Virus record (IMG/VR): IMGVR_UViG_3300028008_000005
Coordinates: 32,001 to 96,000 of that record
DNA: 64,000 bases
Direction: 5' to 3' (one strand)
Source of the DNA: a virus
Shown here: one piece after another, positions 1-10,036 of the stretch
How positions within the stretch are numbered: the first letter of the stretch is position 1
Layout of the letters: the number at the start of each line of letters is the position of its first letter
The notes under the pieces: generated by a model
Told to the model about the DNA's origin: nothing
The model's input: the letters and a program-made list of their open reading frames with translations, nothing else
The model's database searches: none
Made by a program: the position numbers and the translations under genes

Positions 1-2
1 AG

Positions 3-680
3 AGTGGTGGAATAGATAAAGCAGCATTTCTTAAGATTGCTGCTATGATCGATGGTTCTGAATCAAATGCAAAGATTCAATCTGCTCTACAGAAGATGGA
101 TACAGATCCAAGAGATTGGGTTATTAAAACTCTAGACGACAGCGGATTCATTAAAGGCGGTAAAGTTCGAGTAACAGAGTCAGCAGACCTAGACGAAGAT
201 GTGGATTTCCATGTTCGTATGGATTACCTAAAAGATGCAGATGCAAAGAAAGTTGCTGCTGTCTTACAAAAAGCAGTAAAAGGTAAAACTATCCAGTTTA
301 AAAACGAAACAGATAAAGGAGCAACGTTTTCTGCTAAATCAAGCTCTGACGTTACAAGAATTACTAAAGATATAGCTAAGATATCAAGAGCAGCTAATAT
401 AGAGATCATGGAGAAATTAGAAGTTTCAGATGGTCTCGATGCATGGGTCAAAGAATTCCAGGCGTCAGATGCACCACAGTTTCAAGATCAAGACAAAGAA
501 GAAATTCGCAATATGGCAATTGCAGCTTACCTAGCAGCTAAGCGTAGAGCAAAGGGTAGCACTGATACTAAGGAGTCTACTAAAGCTTACGGTAAGTCTA
601 TGGATGATATTAAAAAGAAAAACATCTCAAAAAAAGATAAAGACAAGCTGAAGAAATTAGCGGACCTAATGAAAAAATAA
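3..680 (+). CDS. hypothetical protein, 5'-truncated by window (possible internal head protein)
   Basis: Frame is open from nt 3; charged K/D/E-rich protein; its stop abuts the next start. Confidence 0.55.
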   Translation, partial: SGGIDKAAFLKIAAMIDGSESNAKIQSALQKMDTDPRDWVIKTLDDSGFIKGGKVRVTESADLDEDVDFHVRMDYLKDADAKKVAAVLQKAVKGKTIQFKNETDKGATFSAKSSSDVTRITKDIAKISRAANIEIMEKLEVSDGLDAWVKEFQASDAPQFQDQDKEEIRNMAIAAYLAAKRRAKGSTDTKESTKAYGKSMDDIKKKNISKKDKDKLKKLADLMKK

Positions 681-1213
681 TGATATCATTTAATCAGTAC
701 CAAAAAGACCCTGTTGTTAATTTAGACTACCATCTAGACAACAATATACCTTTGCATGAAAACGTATTTCGTGTAGGATCCGAATCATACTATGACCTTT
801 TTAATGAAGCTCGTCGACGAGCGGCAACAGGCACATATTTGCCTGAGGGTATCGATAAGGTATTGTTAGAGACAGATATTGGGCAGTATGACATGTATGA
901 GGGTAATCATATACCCCTAGACTGCCCAATGATAGAAGAAGAAAAAGATGTAGAGCTTAACCAGCCTAAAAGAGGCGGTAGTAAAAAGTTCTATGTCTAT
1001 GTAAAGAATGATAAAGGCAATGTTATTAAGGTTTCTTTTGGTCAACCTGGTATGTCTGTTAATATAGATGATCCTGATGCTAGGAAATCTTTTGCAGCTA
1101 GACATCAGTGTGACCAGAAAAAAGATAAGACCAAGGCCGGTTATTGGTCTTGTAGATTACCATATTATGCTAAGCAACTCGGTTTATCAGGAGGTGGAAA
1201 TTTCTTTTGGTAA
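680..1213 (+). CDS. conserved hypothetical protein of marine T4-like phages
   Basis: 177 aa; C-terminal KKFYVYVK...SFAARHQC...GYWSCR motif. Confidence 0.6.
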   Translation: MISFNQYQKDPVVNLDYHLDNNIPLHENVFRVGSESYYDLFNEARRRAATGTYLPEGIDKVLLETDIGQYDMYEGNHIPLDCPMIEEEKDVELNQPKRGGSKKFYVYVKNDKGNVIKVSFGQPGMSVNIDDPDARKSFAARHQCDQKKDKTKAGYWSCRLPYYAKQLGLSGGGNFFW

Positions 1214-1458
1214 AACCATATAAGCAGAATGGTGACATTAGAACTTTTTCCTCTAAAATATCTGAATCTGAGCTAGTTTGGCACAGGGACAAAGAAGATA
1301 GATTAGTGGAGGTACTAGAAGGGTTCGGATGGAAATTCCAATATGATGACTGTTTACCATTTGAGTTAGTTTTAAATGATAAAGTACTCATTGAAAAAAT
1401 GAGATATCACAGAATACTGAAAGGTATTACTGACTTAAAAATTAAAATAGTAAGGTAG
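1207..1458 (+). CDS. small cupin-like protein
   Basis: LVWHRD...E...YHRILKG cupin-type His motifs. Confidence 0.5.
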   Translation: MVKPYKQNGDIRTFSSKISESELVWHRDKEDRLVEVLEGFGWKFQYDDCLPFELVLNDKVLIEKMRYHRILKGITDLKIKIVR

Positions 1459-1467
1459 GGTATTGGA

Positions 1468-1794
1468 ATGGCAGCAAGAAAACCCACAGCTGATTTACAG
1501 TTGAAAGAACATATTGCTAACGAAAGTAGTAGACTAGATCGTATAGAAAGCAAGATTGATAAGCTTGCCGAAACAATGATTTCTTTGGCAAGAGCAGAGG
1601 AAAAACTCATTAGCTTAGATTCAGATCGCTTTCAGATGAACGAAAGACTCAATAGGCATTCAGAAAAGCTTGATACAGTCGAAGTAAAAGTAGAAAAAAA
1701 TACTATTACCTTATCTGTTATAACTAAGATATTCTGGATAAGTCTTACAGCAATTGCCGGCGCTGCAGCTGTGCAATATTTAATGGTAGGTTAA
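1468..1794 (+). CDS. coiled-coil protein with C-terminal TM helix
   Basis: Heptad-like body and hydrophobic C-terminus (IFWISLTAIAGAAAV). Confidence 0.55.
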   Translation: MAARKPTADLQLKEHIANESSRLDRIESKIDKLAETMISLARAEEKLISLDSDRFQMNERLNRHSEKLDTVEVKVEKNTITLSVITKIFWISLTAIAGAAAVQYLMVG

Positions 1795-1803
1795 GGAGAT
1801 AAA

Positions 1804-2424
1804 ATGAACAATTATAAAGATAATCCAATAGCTGCAGCATACGTAGCTATGAATGAAAAGAAAGTAGTAGAGCGCGCATCTTGGGTACCTGAAGAGATTA
1901 CTGATGAGGGTGCTGCTGAGTTTATGGGTGCTGCTGCAAACGCTGCTAAAAAAGGCGACAAGACCTTTAAGTTTGGCGATAAAGAATATAAGGTCACTAT
2001 GAAGAAAGACACCGTTGATGCTATTACTAAGAAAGAATCAGTAGAAGAAGTAGAAGAAGTAGCTGAGCCAGAAGCAAAGGGTGAAAAAGACTTTAAAGAT
2101 ATGCATACAAAGAACACCAAGAAGTCTGGCGAAAAAGACGACGGTACAGTTGTTAAAGAAGATGGAGAAGTTAGCGAAGTCTCCAGTAAAACCCTAGCAA
2201 ATTATATTAAAAAATCAAGTAAAGACGCTGACGTACAAGATAGAAGATCCCGCGGATCGCATAGCATGCCTGATGTCAATAAAGACGCTAAGCGGCGGGG
2301 CTCTTCGCGAAGAGCGGGTATGAATGTGGCAATTAAAAAGCTTGTCAATAAAGAAGCAGACAAGAATATTGAAAAAAAGAGAGTTAAAAGACCTTCTAGC
2401 TATCCTAAAGAAGAAACTAAGTAG
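1804..2424 (+). CDS. hypothetical protein (possible head-internal protein)
   Basis: AGGAG RBS; E/K-rich 206 aa. Confidence 0.55.
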   Translation: MNNYKDNPIAAAYVAMNEKKVVERASWVPEEITDEGAAEFMGAAANAAKKGDKTFKFGDKEYKVTMKKDTVDAITKKESVEEVEEVAEPEAKGEKDFKDMHTKNTKKSGEKDDGTVVKEDGEVSEVSSKTLANYIKKSSKDADVQDRRSRGSHSMPDVNKDAKRRGSSRRAGMNVAIKKLVNKEADKNIEKKRVKRPSSYPKEETK

Positions 2425-2441
2425 GTAATAAGGAGTAACAA

Positions 2442-2660
2442 ATGAAAAAGACAGGTTATTTAAAAGATTCAATTGCAAAGGCAGATGGTTATTTCTCTGC
2501 TAAAGGCGAAAAGCTAAAGGGTGGAACACTTACTCAAGCTCAGCAAGATGCCTGGAACGGTGTTGTTAAGAAAAAAGAAGTAAAGGTCGAAGTCGAAGAA
2601 GTTGTTGAAACGGTCGCCGAAGAGCCTGAAGTTTCTTTTTTTAAGAAAAAGAAGAAGTAA
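2442..2660 (+). CDS. hypothetical protein
   Basis: AGGAG RBS; 72 aa. Confidence 0.55.
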   Translation: MKKTGYLKDSIAKADGYFSAKGEKLKGGTLTQAQQDAWNGVVKKKEVKVEVEEVVETVAEEPEVSFFKKKKK

Positions 2661-2709
2661 TATCTTTAATAAATAAAGTTAATAATACTTTATTTTATTA
2701 AGGATAACC

Positions 2710-3078
2710 ATGAAGCTTTTTGAAACTTTGAATGATGATAATTTTCTTCTGTATGCTGCACACAATTATACCAATAACCAATGTGTAGATGCAGAAGAAT
2801 TTTATGATGACCTAAATAGGTTTAAGTATATTAAAAGGCTTATAAGCCGATATGAGCAAACAGGTGATATTCAGGAAAGATTACTTATTAATCACATTGT
2901 AATTATCTTTAACCTGTTTGGTATTGAAGCAGCTAAAAGAATGATGTGGTATAAGATTAAAGAAGATCATTGGGATATTATTAAGCCAGTACTTCTTTAT
3001 CTAAATTATATAACAGAATCAGAAAAAATAGAAATAGGACTAGATCCTTTAATTGTTGAGAGACTGAGAAACGTATGA
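2710..3078 (+). CDS. conserved T4-like hypothetical protein
   Basis: NFLLYAAHNY...EEFYDDLNRFKYIKRL...ERLLINHI motif. Confidence 0.65.
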   Translation: MKLFETLNDDNFLLYAAHNYTNNQCVDAEEFYDDLNRFKYIKRLISRYEQTGDIQERLLINHIVIIFNLFGIEAAKRMMWYKIKEDHWDIIKPVLLYLNYITESEKIEIGLDPLIVERLRNV

Positions 3079-3659
3079 GCATTATATCAAGAACAGGTGA
3101 TTTGTTTTATGCTTATAGATTCATTAAGCTTCTTGTTACCTCGTGGGAAAAGACCGACGCATTTAAGCTTGGTATTGTTGACGAAGACGGTAAAATACTT
3201 AAAAAATCGTCCCAGCTTAAAACCTCTGACGAAAAGTCTGCATATACTGTATTCCATCGTCTCGTGTTTAATATTAAACGTCTGCTTAATAAACTTCCAT
3301 TCGGAAAAAGCAAATTAGCATCTTGGGCAACTGCTCTTTTCTTAATTAAAGAAGAGACTGGTATGTCAGAAGAAGCTATGAAAAAAGTACTAAAGAAGAT
3401 GGATGTTGATTTTGACGATACACTGTTTGAATCAACTTGGTACATGGAAAACACTGTATTACACCCTGGCGTATACACTCTTCAATACGAAGCTATATCT
3501 CCTAAGACCGGAGAGATAATCGGCTCAAAGAATAGCAAGATTTTAGTTCACGAGAACTGCACCCCTGTTGGGGAAGTCATAGGCTCACCTATATACGAAG
3601 TAACACATGTAAAGACAAAGCAAAAGATATTCGTAAATCCCGGAGAAATAAAAAGATGA
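3075..3659 (+). CDS. conserved T4-like hypothetical protein
   Basis: YRFIKLLVTSWEKTDAFKLGIVD...FHRLVFNIKRL; ATGA overlap with upstream gene. Confidence 0.65.
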   Translation: MSIISRTGDLFYAYRFIKLLVTSWEKTDAFKLGIVDEDGKILKKSSQLKTSDEKSAYTVFHRLVFNIKRLLNKLPFGKSKLASWATALFLIKEETGMSEEAMKKVLKKMDVDFDDTLFESTWYMENTVLHPGVYTLQYEAISPKTGEIIGSKNSKILVHENCTPVGEVIGSPIYEVTHVKTKQKIFVNPGEIKR

Positions 3660-3853
3660 TCCCCTTTAAGGATTACGTAGAAGAAGAGGTTGCTGCTAAC
3701 TCTGTTGCTGGAGGTGGTGTAGATCTTAGCCCGAACGGCATGCCTAAAAACGATAAAAGAAAAAAGAATAGCATTACGGCAATGTACCGTAGATCCTTAG
3801 GTCTTGGCCATATTAATGGCATTATAGAAAGGAGAAAAAAAGCTAGTGCTTAA
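3656..3853 (+). CDS. hypothetical protein
   Basis: Overlaps both neighbouring genes. Confidence 0.5.
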   Translation: MIPFKDYVEEEVAANSVAGGGVDLSPNGMPKNDKRKKNSITAMYRRSLGLGHINGIIERRKKASA

Positions 3854-4262
3854 ACTTTACGCATTTCTTTTTATCTTTGGTATTATAGGTGGTGCTATCT
3901 TTGGGGCTAAGTACTATTATGATTCCACCCAAGCTACCATCCAAAGGTTATCAGCAGAAAAAGCAATACTGGATACTGCATTAGAGCAACAGACAGCTTC
4001 TATAAACGCAATGCAGGAACAGATGGAGAGACAGAACGAATTGAACACTGAGCTTCAGGCAAATCTTCAAGAAGCGAATTCAGGATTAAATGAGATGAGA
4101 AGCAAGTTTGCTCGTCATGATTTAACAAGATTAGCTATAGCAAAGCCTGGATTAATACAGACAAGAATAAACAATGGTACTGATGAGGTATTTAGAGAAA
4201 TTGAAGAAAATACAAACAATAAGCCTGTTAATACTATCGAGCCTGTTGCTGAGCAGCTGTAG
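3846..4262 (+). CDS. inner-membrane spanin (Rz-like)
   Basis: N-terminal TM helix plus coiled coil; overlapped by a lipoprotein gene. Confidence 0.7.
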   Translation: MLKLYAFLFIFGIIGGAIFGAKYYYDSTQATIQRLSAEKAILDTALEQQTASINAMQEQMERQNELNTELQANLQEANSGLNEMRSKFARHDLTRLAIAKPGLIQTRINNGTDEVFREIEENTNNKPVNTIEPVAEQL

Positions 4263-4599
4263 TCTACTTGGATTTAACAAACCTGATCCAGAACCACGTA
4301 TAGTAACAGTTACAAAGATTGAATATCCAATCATTAATACCCCAGCTCGTCCTGAGCCAGTAGGACTAGACGACGTTAAGTTCTATGTTGTTACCCCAGA
4401 TACTTTAGACGAATTTCTAGAAGAATTCGAAAAAGACAATGGTCAAATTGTCTTTGTTGCTACAAGTGTACCAAGCTACGAAAATCTATCTATAAACCTA
4501 CAAGAGTTACGTAGGTATATATTACAGCAAAAGGAAATTATTCTATATTATGAAAAAGCTGTAGACTTTGAAAAAAAAGATGAATTACCTGCAGAATAG
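4174..4599 (+). CDS. outer-membrane spanin lipoprotein (Rz1-like); true start may be TTG at 4201
   Basis: Lipobox LLSSC followed by a Pro-rich segment; overlaps the 3' end of the i-spanin. Confidence 0.7.
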   Translation: MVLMRYLEKLKKIQTISLLILSSLLLSSCSLLGFNKPDPEPRIVTVTKIEYPIINTPARPEPVGLDDVKFYVVTPDTLDEFLEEFEKDNGQIVFVATSVPSYENLSINLQELRRYILQQKEIILYYEKAVDFEKKDELPAE

Positions 4600-4602
4600 G
4601 GG

Positions 4603-4632
4603 TTTACGAAACCCCCGATTATAATATATAAT
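4603..4632 (+). promoter_or_regulatory. sigma70-type early promoter for nrdA
   Basis: TTTACG-N18-TATAAT; the -35 lies inside the hairpin GGGGTTT-ACG-AAACCCC. Confidence 0.5.
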
Positions 4633-4668
4633 AGTACTCTATTAAAAAAACATGAGCGGGATATACGA

Positions 4669-6471
4669 ATGGCAAAAACAGAATACATGGGTATTCAGAT
4701 AGATTACTCGCGCGACGAACTATTTGATAAGTTAGGTAAGCAAAGACTACAAGAAAGTTACATGAAGGAGGATGAAGAATCACCGCAAGAACGCTTTGCA
4801 TTTGTTAGCTCTGCATTCGCATCTAATCCAGAACACGCTCAAAGATTATACGATTATTCAAGCAAGCATTGGCTATCATATTCTACGCCAATACTATCTT
4901 TTGGTCGCTCATCTAAAGGTATGCCTATATCCTGTTTTCTTAACTATATTAACGATACAGCAGAGGGATTAGTTGAAAACTTATCTGAAACAAATTGGCT
5001 TTCTATGCTTGGCGGTGGCGTTGGGATTGGTTTTGGTATCCGTTCCTCTGATGATAAGTCTGTGGGTGTTATGCCTCATCTCAAGACTTACGATTCATCG
5101 TGCCTCGCATATCGCCAAGGTCGCACTCGACGGGGCTCTTACGCTACTTATCTTGACATATCTCACCCAGACGTGGTAATGTTCCTTGAGATGCGAAAGC
5201 CTACTGGTGATCCAAACGTTCGTTGTTTGAATCTGCATCACGGCATTAACATCTCTGACAGGTTTATGGAAATTGTTGAGCGAGCCATGACAGATCCGGA
5301 GGCTGACGATGGTTGGAATCTGGTTGATCCGCACTCTGGCCAGATTAAAGATACCGTATCAGCTAAAGCTTTGTGGCAAAAGATTATTGAATTGCGTATG
5401 GAAACTGGCGAACCATATATTCATTATATCGATACTTCTAATCGCCATCTTCCGCAATTCCAAAAGGATATGGGACTTAAGGTTCATCAGTCTAATCTTT
5501 GTTCAGAAATCATACTTGCCACAAACGAAGAAAGAACCGCTGTTTGTTGTCTGTCTTCCGTAAACCTAGAGCATTATGATTCCTGGAGTAAGAATGGATT
5601 ATTCCTTAAAGATATGGCAGAAATGCTTGATAATGTTCTTCAGTACTTTATAGATAATGCACCTGATCAGGTATCCCGCGCTAAGTTCTCTGCTTCGAGA
5701 GAAAGAAGTATTGGTGTTGGAGCCTTAGGCTTCCATGCATACCTACAAAGTAAAAACATGCCATGGGAAAGTGCCATGGCAACCGGTGCTAACATAAGAA
5801 TGTTTAAGCACATTAGGAGTAAATTAGATGAAGCAAATCTCGAAATTGGTAAAGCCCGTGGAGAAGCACCAGACGCAGCCGGAACAGGACAGAGATTTAG
5901 CCACGTTATGGCTGTTGCTCCTAATGCCTCTAGCTCTATTATCATGGGGAACACTAGTCCTTCTATTGAGCCTTTTCGAGCTAACGCGTATCGGCAAGAT
6001 ACGCTATCTGGATCCCATCTTAACAAAAATAAACACCTGGTTAGAGTCTTAGAGGGTAAGATCGAAGATAAGAAAACAAAGTTAAGTATGGATGAGATCT
6101 GGTCTTCGATCATTTCAAGTGATGGATCAGTTCAGCATCTAACTTTTTTAGACCAATGGGAAAAGGACGTATTTAAGACTGCTATGGAAATTGATCAAAG
6201 ATGGATAATCGATCATGCTTCTAAGCGCCAGGAATATATTGATCAGGCACAATCCTTAAATTTATTCTTTCGACCTGATTCTAACATTAAGTATATCCAT
6301 GCAGCTCATTATCTTGCATGGAAGCAGGGGCTTAAATCGTTATACTATTGCAGATCTGAAAAGCTAGGTAAAGCGGATAGAGTATCAAACAAAATAGAAA
6401 GACAGATTATTAAGGAACTAGATATGACAGCATTAGTAAACGACGAGCCTTGTCTCGCTTGTGAGGGTTAA
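4669..6471 (+). CDS. nrdA: ribonucleotide reductase class I alpha subunit (no ATP cone)
   Basis: SCFL, GGGVG, SNLCSEI, VCCLSS, APNASSS, LKSLYY and C-terminal CLAC motifs. Confidence 0.97.
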   Translation: MAKTEYMGIQIDYSRDELFDKLGKQRLQESYMKEDEESPQERFAFVSSAFASNPEHAQRLYDYSSKHWLSYSTPILSFGRSSKGMPISCFLNYINDTAEGLVENLSETNWLSMLGGGVGIGFGIRSSDDKSVGVMPHLKTYDSSCLAYRQGRTRRGSYATYLDISHPDVVMFLEMRKPTGDPNVRCLNLHHGINISDRFMEIVERAMTDPEADDGWNLVDPHSGQIKDTVSAKALWQKIIELRMETGEPYIHYIDTSNRHLPQFQKDMGLKVHQSNLCSEIILATNEERTAVCCLSSVNLEHYDSWSKNGLFLKDMAEMLDNVLQYFIDNAPDQVSRAKFSASRERSIGVGALGFHAYLQSKNMPWESAMATGANIRMFKHIRSKLDEANLEIGKARGEAPDAAGTGQRFSHVMAVAPNASSSIIMGNTSPSIEPFRANAYRQDTLSGSHLNKNKHLVRVLEGKIEDKKTKLSMDEIWSSIISSDGSVQHLTFLDQWEKDVFKTAMEIDQRWIIDHASKRQEYIDQAQSLNLFFRPDSNIKYIHAAHYLAWKQGLKSLYYCRSEKLGKADRVSNKIERQIIKELDMTALVNDEPCLACEG

Positions 6472-6474
6472 TAG

Positions 6475-7458
6475 ATGTCACCCAAAACAAAGATAACCGA
6501 CGAGCGCGCTTACTTTAAACCATTTAACTATGCTTGGGCATATGACGCATGGCTTAAGCATGAGCAAAGCCATTGGTTACATACAGAAGTACCTATGTCA
6601 GAAGACGTTAAAGACTGGCAGACAAAGGTGAGTGATGGAGAGAAAGGATTCTTAACAAACATCTTTCGTTTCTTTACACAGGGTGATATTGATGTAGCTG
6701 GTGGCTATGTTAACAACTACCTCCCGCACTTTCCCCAGCCAGAAGTACGCATGATGCTAATGGGGTTTGCAGCCCGTGAGGCGCTCCATGTGGCCGCCTA
6801 CAGCCATTTAATTGAAACTTTGGGTATGCCTGAGTCTACATACAACGAGTTCCTAGAATACGAAGCTATGGCCAATAAGCATGAGTACTTCTTGAACCTA
6901 TCTAACGATACACAAGACAAGGGTACAATTGCTACTAACATTGCAGCCTTCTCAGCATTTACCGAAGGCATGCAACTGTTCTCTTCTTTTATTATGCTGC
7001 TTAACTTCCCCCGACATGGCAAGATGAAGGGTATGGGCCAGATCGTTACTTGGTCGATTGTTGATGAGACTATGCATGCCGAGAACATGATTAAGCTATT
7101 CCGAACCTATGTTGAGGAGAATCTGGAATTGTGGAATGACGATCTTAAAGGCAAGATCTATACCATTGCAGAAAGAATGGTAGAGCTTGAAGACAAGTTT
7201 ATTGACCTTTCTTTTGCTATGGGAGATATGGAAAATCTAACACCTGAAGACGTTAAAAAGTATATTCGATACATCTGTGATCGACGTCTAATTAGCTTAG
7301 GTCTAAAAGGCATATTCAAGATTAAAAAGAACCCATTACTTTGGGTAGAAGAAATGATTAACGCTCCTACACATACTAACTTCTTTGAGAACAGAGCAAC
7401 TGATTATGCCCGCGGGGCTACAACTGGAGATTGGAAAGATATTTGGGGGAGTGCATAG
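6475..7458 (+). CDS. nrdB: ribonucleotide reductase class Ia beta subunit
   Basis: FFTQGD, REALHVAAY (radical Tyr), EGMQLFSSF, DETMH, NFFE. Confidence 0.97.
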   Translation: MSPKTKITDERAYFKPFNYAWAYDAWLKHEQSHWLHTEVPMSEDVKDWQTKVSDGEKGFLTNIFRFFTQGDIDVAGGYVNNYLPHFPQPEVRMMLMGFAAREALHVAAYSHLIETLGMPESTYNEFLEYEAMANKHEYFLNLSNDTQDKGTIATNIAAFSAFTEGMQLFSSFIMLLNFPRHGKMKGMGQIVTWSIVDETMHAENMIKLFRTYVEENLELWNDDLKGKIYTIAERMVELEDKFIDLSFAMGDMENLTPEDVKKYIRYICDRRLISLGLKGIFKIKKNPLLWVEEMINAPTHTNFFENRATDYARGATTGDWKDIWGSA

Positions 7459-7595
7459 TGAAGATTACCTGTAGTTCGTGTAATTTAACATATAGAGTGA
7501 TATCAGACGAGGCGGAATATGATGGTATTGATCCTGAATTCTGCCCATTTTGTTCAGAAGAAGTTTCAGAAGATCTAGATTTTAACGAGGAATAA
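7458..7595 (+). CDS. small CxxC...CPFC zinc-ribbon protein (45 aa)
   Basis: Manual translation from GTG: MKITCSSCNL...FCPFCSEEVSEDLDFNEE. Confidence 0.6.
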   Translation: MKITCSSCNLTYRVISDEAEYDGIDPEFCPFCSEEVSEDLDFNEE

Positions 7596-7600
7596 TGTTC

Positions 7601-7608
7601 TATAAATA
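7601..7608 (+). promoter_or_regulatory. T4-type late promoter TATAAATA
   Basis: Exact gp55 consensus upstream of 7637. Other copies at 16172, 48446 and 61537 (+), and 22412, 26361 and 36968 (-). Confidence 0.65.
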
Positions 7609-7636
7609 GTTCATATAACACCTATATGAGCTAATT

Positions 7637-8080
7637 ATGAACCAGTGGTTAATAGAAGAAAAGATATCAGGCTTACCGCCTAGGACAATATCATACGAAC
7701 CGGAAGATTTAGATCCAAAGGTAATTTACGGTTTTGTATATTTAATTGAGAATCTAGAGACCGGAAGGAAGTACGTTGGTAAAAAGTTCTTCTGGTCAAT
7801 GAAGTCCAAACAGGTAAAAGGAAAAAGGAAAAAATATAAAGCTGAATCAGATTGGAAAAAATATCACGGATCTTCTGGAGAGCTAACAGAAGACTTGGAA
7901 AAATACGGTAAAGATAAATTTAAAAGAACTATTCTACACCTCTGTAAAACAAAAGCTGAATGCGCATATATGGAGTTAAAAGAACAGATTGAAAGAGATG
8001 CTCTTCTTCGCGAAGACTATTATAATGGATGGATCCAAGTCCGTGTTCGTAAAGCCCACTTAAAGCATATACACAAATGA
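7637..8080 (+). CDS. GIY-YIG endonuclease (endonuclease II/Seg-like)
   Basis: GFVYLIENLETGRKYVGKK, E and YYN motifs. Confidence 0.8.
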   Translation: MNQWLIEEKISGLPPRTISYEPEDLDPKVIYGFVYLIENLETGRKYVGKKFFWSMKSKQVKGKRKKYKAESDWKKYHGSSGELTEDLEKYGKDKFKRTILHLCKTKAECAYMELKEQIERDALLREDYYNGWIQVRVRKAHLKHIHK

Positions 8081-8427
8081 CCGATAATGTTATACAGTTT
8101 CCGAAGCCTAAGCCTAAAAAAGAAACAAGAAGAGGCATAGCAACTGATATAGATGAAAATCTTTCAGGCCTTATGTCTGTTTCGGCAGATGCTCTTGATA
8201 TGCTTGTTGCTTCTCTAGTAGAAGAAGGCTACGATCCTCTTAAAAGCCCTGAAATGATTATGGACCTAGGTATAATACTTAATGCCACTTATGCTATGCT
8301 TTTAAGGGATCAGGGAATATATCATGTTCTTCATGATCATATGGAAGAGATGCAAGGTACCCTAGAGGAACTAACCCGGATGATGAAAGCAAACAAAGAT
8401 ATATTCGATCCTGATGGGGAAAGATAA
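8077..8427 (+). CDS. hypothetical protein
   Basis: 116 aa; NVIQFP N-terminus; ATGA overlap. Confidence 0.55.
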   Translation: MTDNVIQFPKPKPKKETRRGIATDIDENLSGLMSVSADALDMLVASLVEEGYDPLKSPEMIMDLGIILNATYAMLLRDQGIYHVLHDHMEEMQGTLEELTRMMKANKDIFDPDGER

Positions 8428-8675
8428 TGGGCATAAGAAATTGGTGGTATACCCTAATAAAAGAAGAATGGGAGCTTAAGATATCCGTTCCTGCCGCAGA
8501 GATAGAAATACTTGTAGACGGTACTCGTATTCAGCACACCATAGAAAAAACTTTTATGGTTAAAAAGATTATAAAAATAAAGCCTACCCAATTCATCTTT
8601 GTAGATACCGAAGACCACCGACAAGAAATTAACCTAATATCTCCCGTTTCATATAGCATAAAGAAAATCTATTAG
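8427..8675 (+). CDS. hypothetical protein
   Basis: TAATG overlap. Confidence 0.5.
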   Translation: MGIRNWWYTLIKEEWELKISVPAAEIEILVDGTRIQHTIEKTFMVKKIIKIKPTQFIFVDTEDHRQEINLISPVSYSIKKIY

Positions 8676-8678
8676 GGG

Positions 8679-8707
8679 TTTACAACTCGTAATAAGTGTG
8701 ATATAAT
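8679..8707 (+). promoter_or_regulatory. early promoter
   Basis: TTTACA-N17-TATAAT with extended -10 TG. Confidence 0.75.
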
Positions 8708-8738
8708 GTATTATTAAATCGTTAAAAGTGAGTGACAG

Positions 8739-9587
8739 ATGATTATCCTAGATTATAATGCTATTGCCATAGCTAACATTGTTGTACAAAGAATAGAGAT
8801 TACAGAAGATATGATTCGTCATATGATACTTAATTCTATTCGGATGTATAATAAAAAGTTCCGTGACGAATACGGTCAAATGGTTATAGCAAATGACTCC
8901 TCTAATTGGCGCAAAGAAGCCTTTCCCCAATATAAAGCAGCCCGTAAAAGTAACAGAGAAGATTCTCCCCTCGATTGGCAAGAAATATTTAGAATCATTA
9001 ATTTAGTCTTTGAAGAGATCGGGGATAACCTACCATACAAAACAGTTCGTGTAGAAGGCTGTGAAGCAGATGACGTCATAGGCCAATTAGTAGAAATGAC
9101 CCAGGAATTTGGTCAGCATGACGAAGTTATGATTGTATCTGCAGATAAAGACTTTATCCAATTACAAAAGTATAACAACGTTAAGCAATTCTCCCCTATG
9201 ACTAAGAAGTTTATTACCGATCCCAATCCTACCAATTATCTCTTTGAGCATATTCTCAAAGGTGATTCCGGAGATGGAGTACCTAATGTTCTTAGCCCTG
9301 ATAATACTTTTACTGATAGTATTAGGCAATCGCCAATGACCAAGAAAAAGATTGCTGAATTCTCTGTGCCAGAAGAACAGCTTCCAGAGGTTATGGGAGA
9401 GGAGATATATAGAAACTACTGCCGTAATAAAACAATGATTGACCTAAACAATACTCCTACGGGATTAAAAGAAACAATCATTGATACTTACAATAAGCAA
9501 AAAACGGCACATCCATCTAAGGTACTAAACTACCTAATTAAAAAGCGTTGTAAGATGCTAATTGAATCAGCAGGGGAATTCCTATAA
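8739..9587 (+). CDS. rnh: T4-type RNase H / 5'-3' exonuclease
   Basis: YKAAR, EADD, SADKDFIQL, GDSGDGVPN. Confidence 0.92.
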   Translation: MIILDYNAIAIANIVVQRIEITEDMIRHMILNSIRMYNKKFRDEYGQMVIANDSSNWRKEAFPQYKAARKSNREDSPLDWQEIFRIINLVFEEIGDNLPYKTVRVEGCEADDVIGQLVEMTQEFGQHDEVMIVSADKDFIQLQKYNNVKQFSPMTKKFITDPNPTNYLFEHILKGDSGDGVPNVLSPDNTFTDSIRQSPMTKKKIAEFSVPEEQLPEVMGEEIYRNYCRNKTMIDLNNTPTGLKETIIDTYNKQKTAHPSKVLNYLIKKRCKMLIESAGEFL

Positions 9588-10036
9588 TGGCTGCATATGT
9601 TTACGAAATATTAGAGAAAGCCTCAACGGCTAAAACAAAAGAGGAAAAGGTCCAGATCCTTAAGGATGGAAACTCTTTTGCTTTGCGAACAGTATTACAA
9701 GGTGGCATGGATTCTTCAATTGAATTCATTCTTCCTGAAGGTGCACCACCATATAGTTCAGAGGATGCTGGTAAGTGGGGATATACCCCTTCTTCTATAC
9801 AAAGAGCAGCTAAGAAATTTAGATTCTTTGTTAAAGGAGGCCCTGGTGAAAAAATGAAAGCCGTTAAGCGGGAAAAGATGTTTATTGATCTGCTAGAGAC
9901 CATGCATCCAAAAGAAGCTGAGCTACTGGTTCTAATGAAAGATAAAGGACTTATTAAAAAGACTGGAACAGCCCACTATAAGGGTGTTACTAAACAACTA
10001 GTCCTTGTGGCATTTCCGGACCTAATTAAAGAGTAA
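9587..10036 (+). CDS. conserved T4-like hypothetical protein
   Basis: LPEGAPPY...KREKMFIDLLE motif. Confidence 0.65.
   Translation: MAAYVYEILEKASTAKTKEEKVQILKDGNSFALRTVLQGGMDSSIEFILPEGAPPYSSEDAGKWGYTPSSIQRAAKKFRFFVKGGPGEKMKAVKREKMFIDLLETMHPKEAELLVLMKDKGLIKKTGTAHYKGVTKQLVLVAFPDLIKE

Noticed and set aside
4669-8080. Intron or intein in nrdA/nrdB with a homing endonuclease
   Set aside because: Both genes are continuous and of normal length; the GIY-YIG gene is free-standing.
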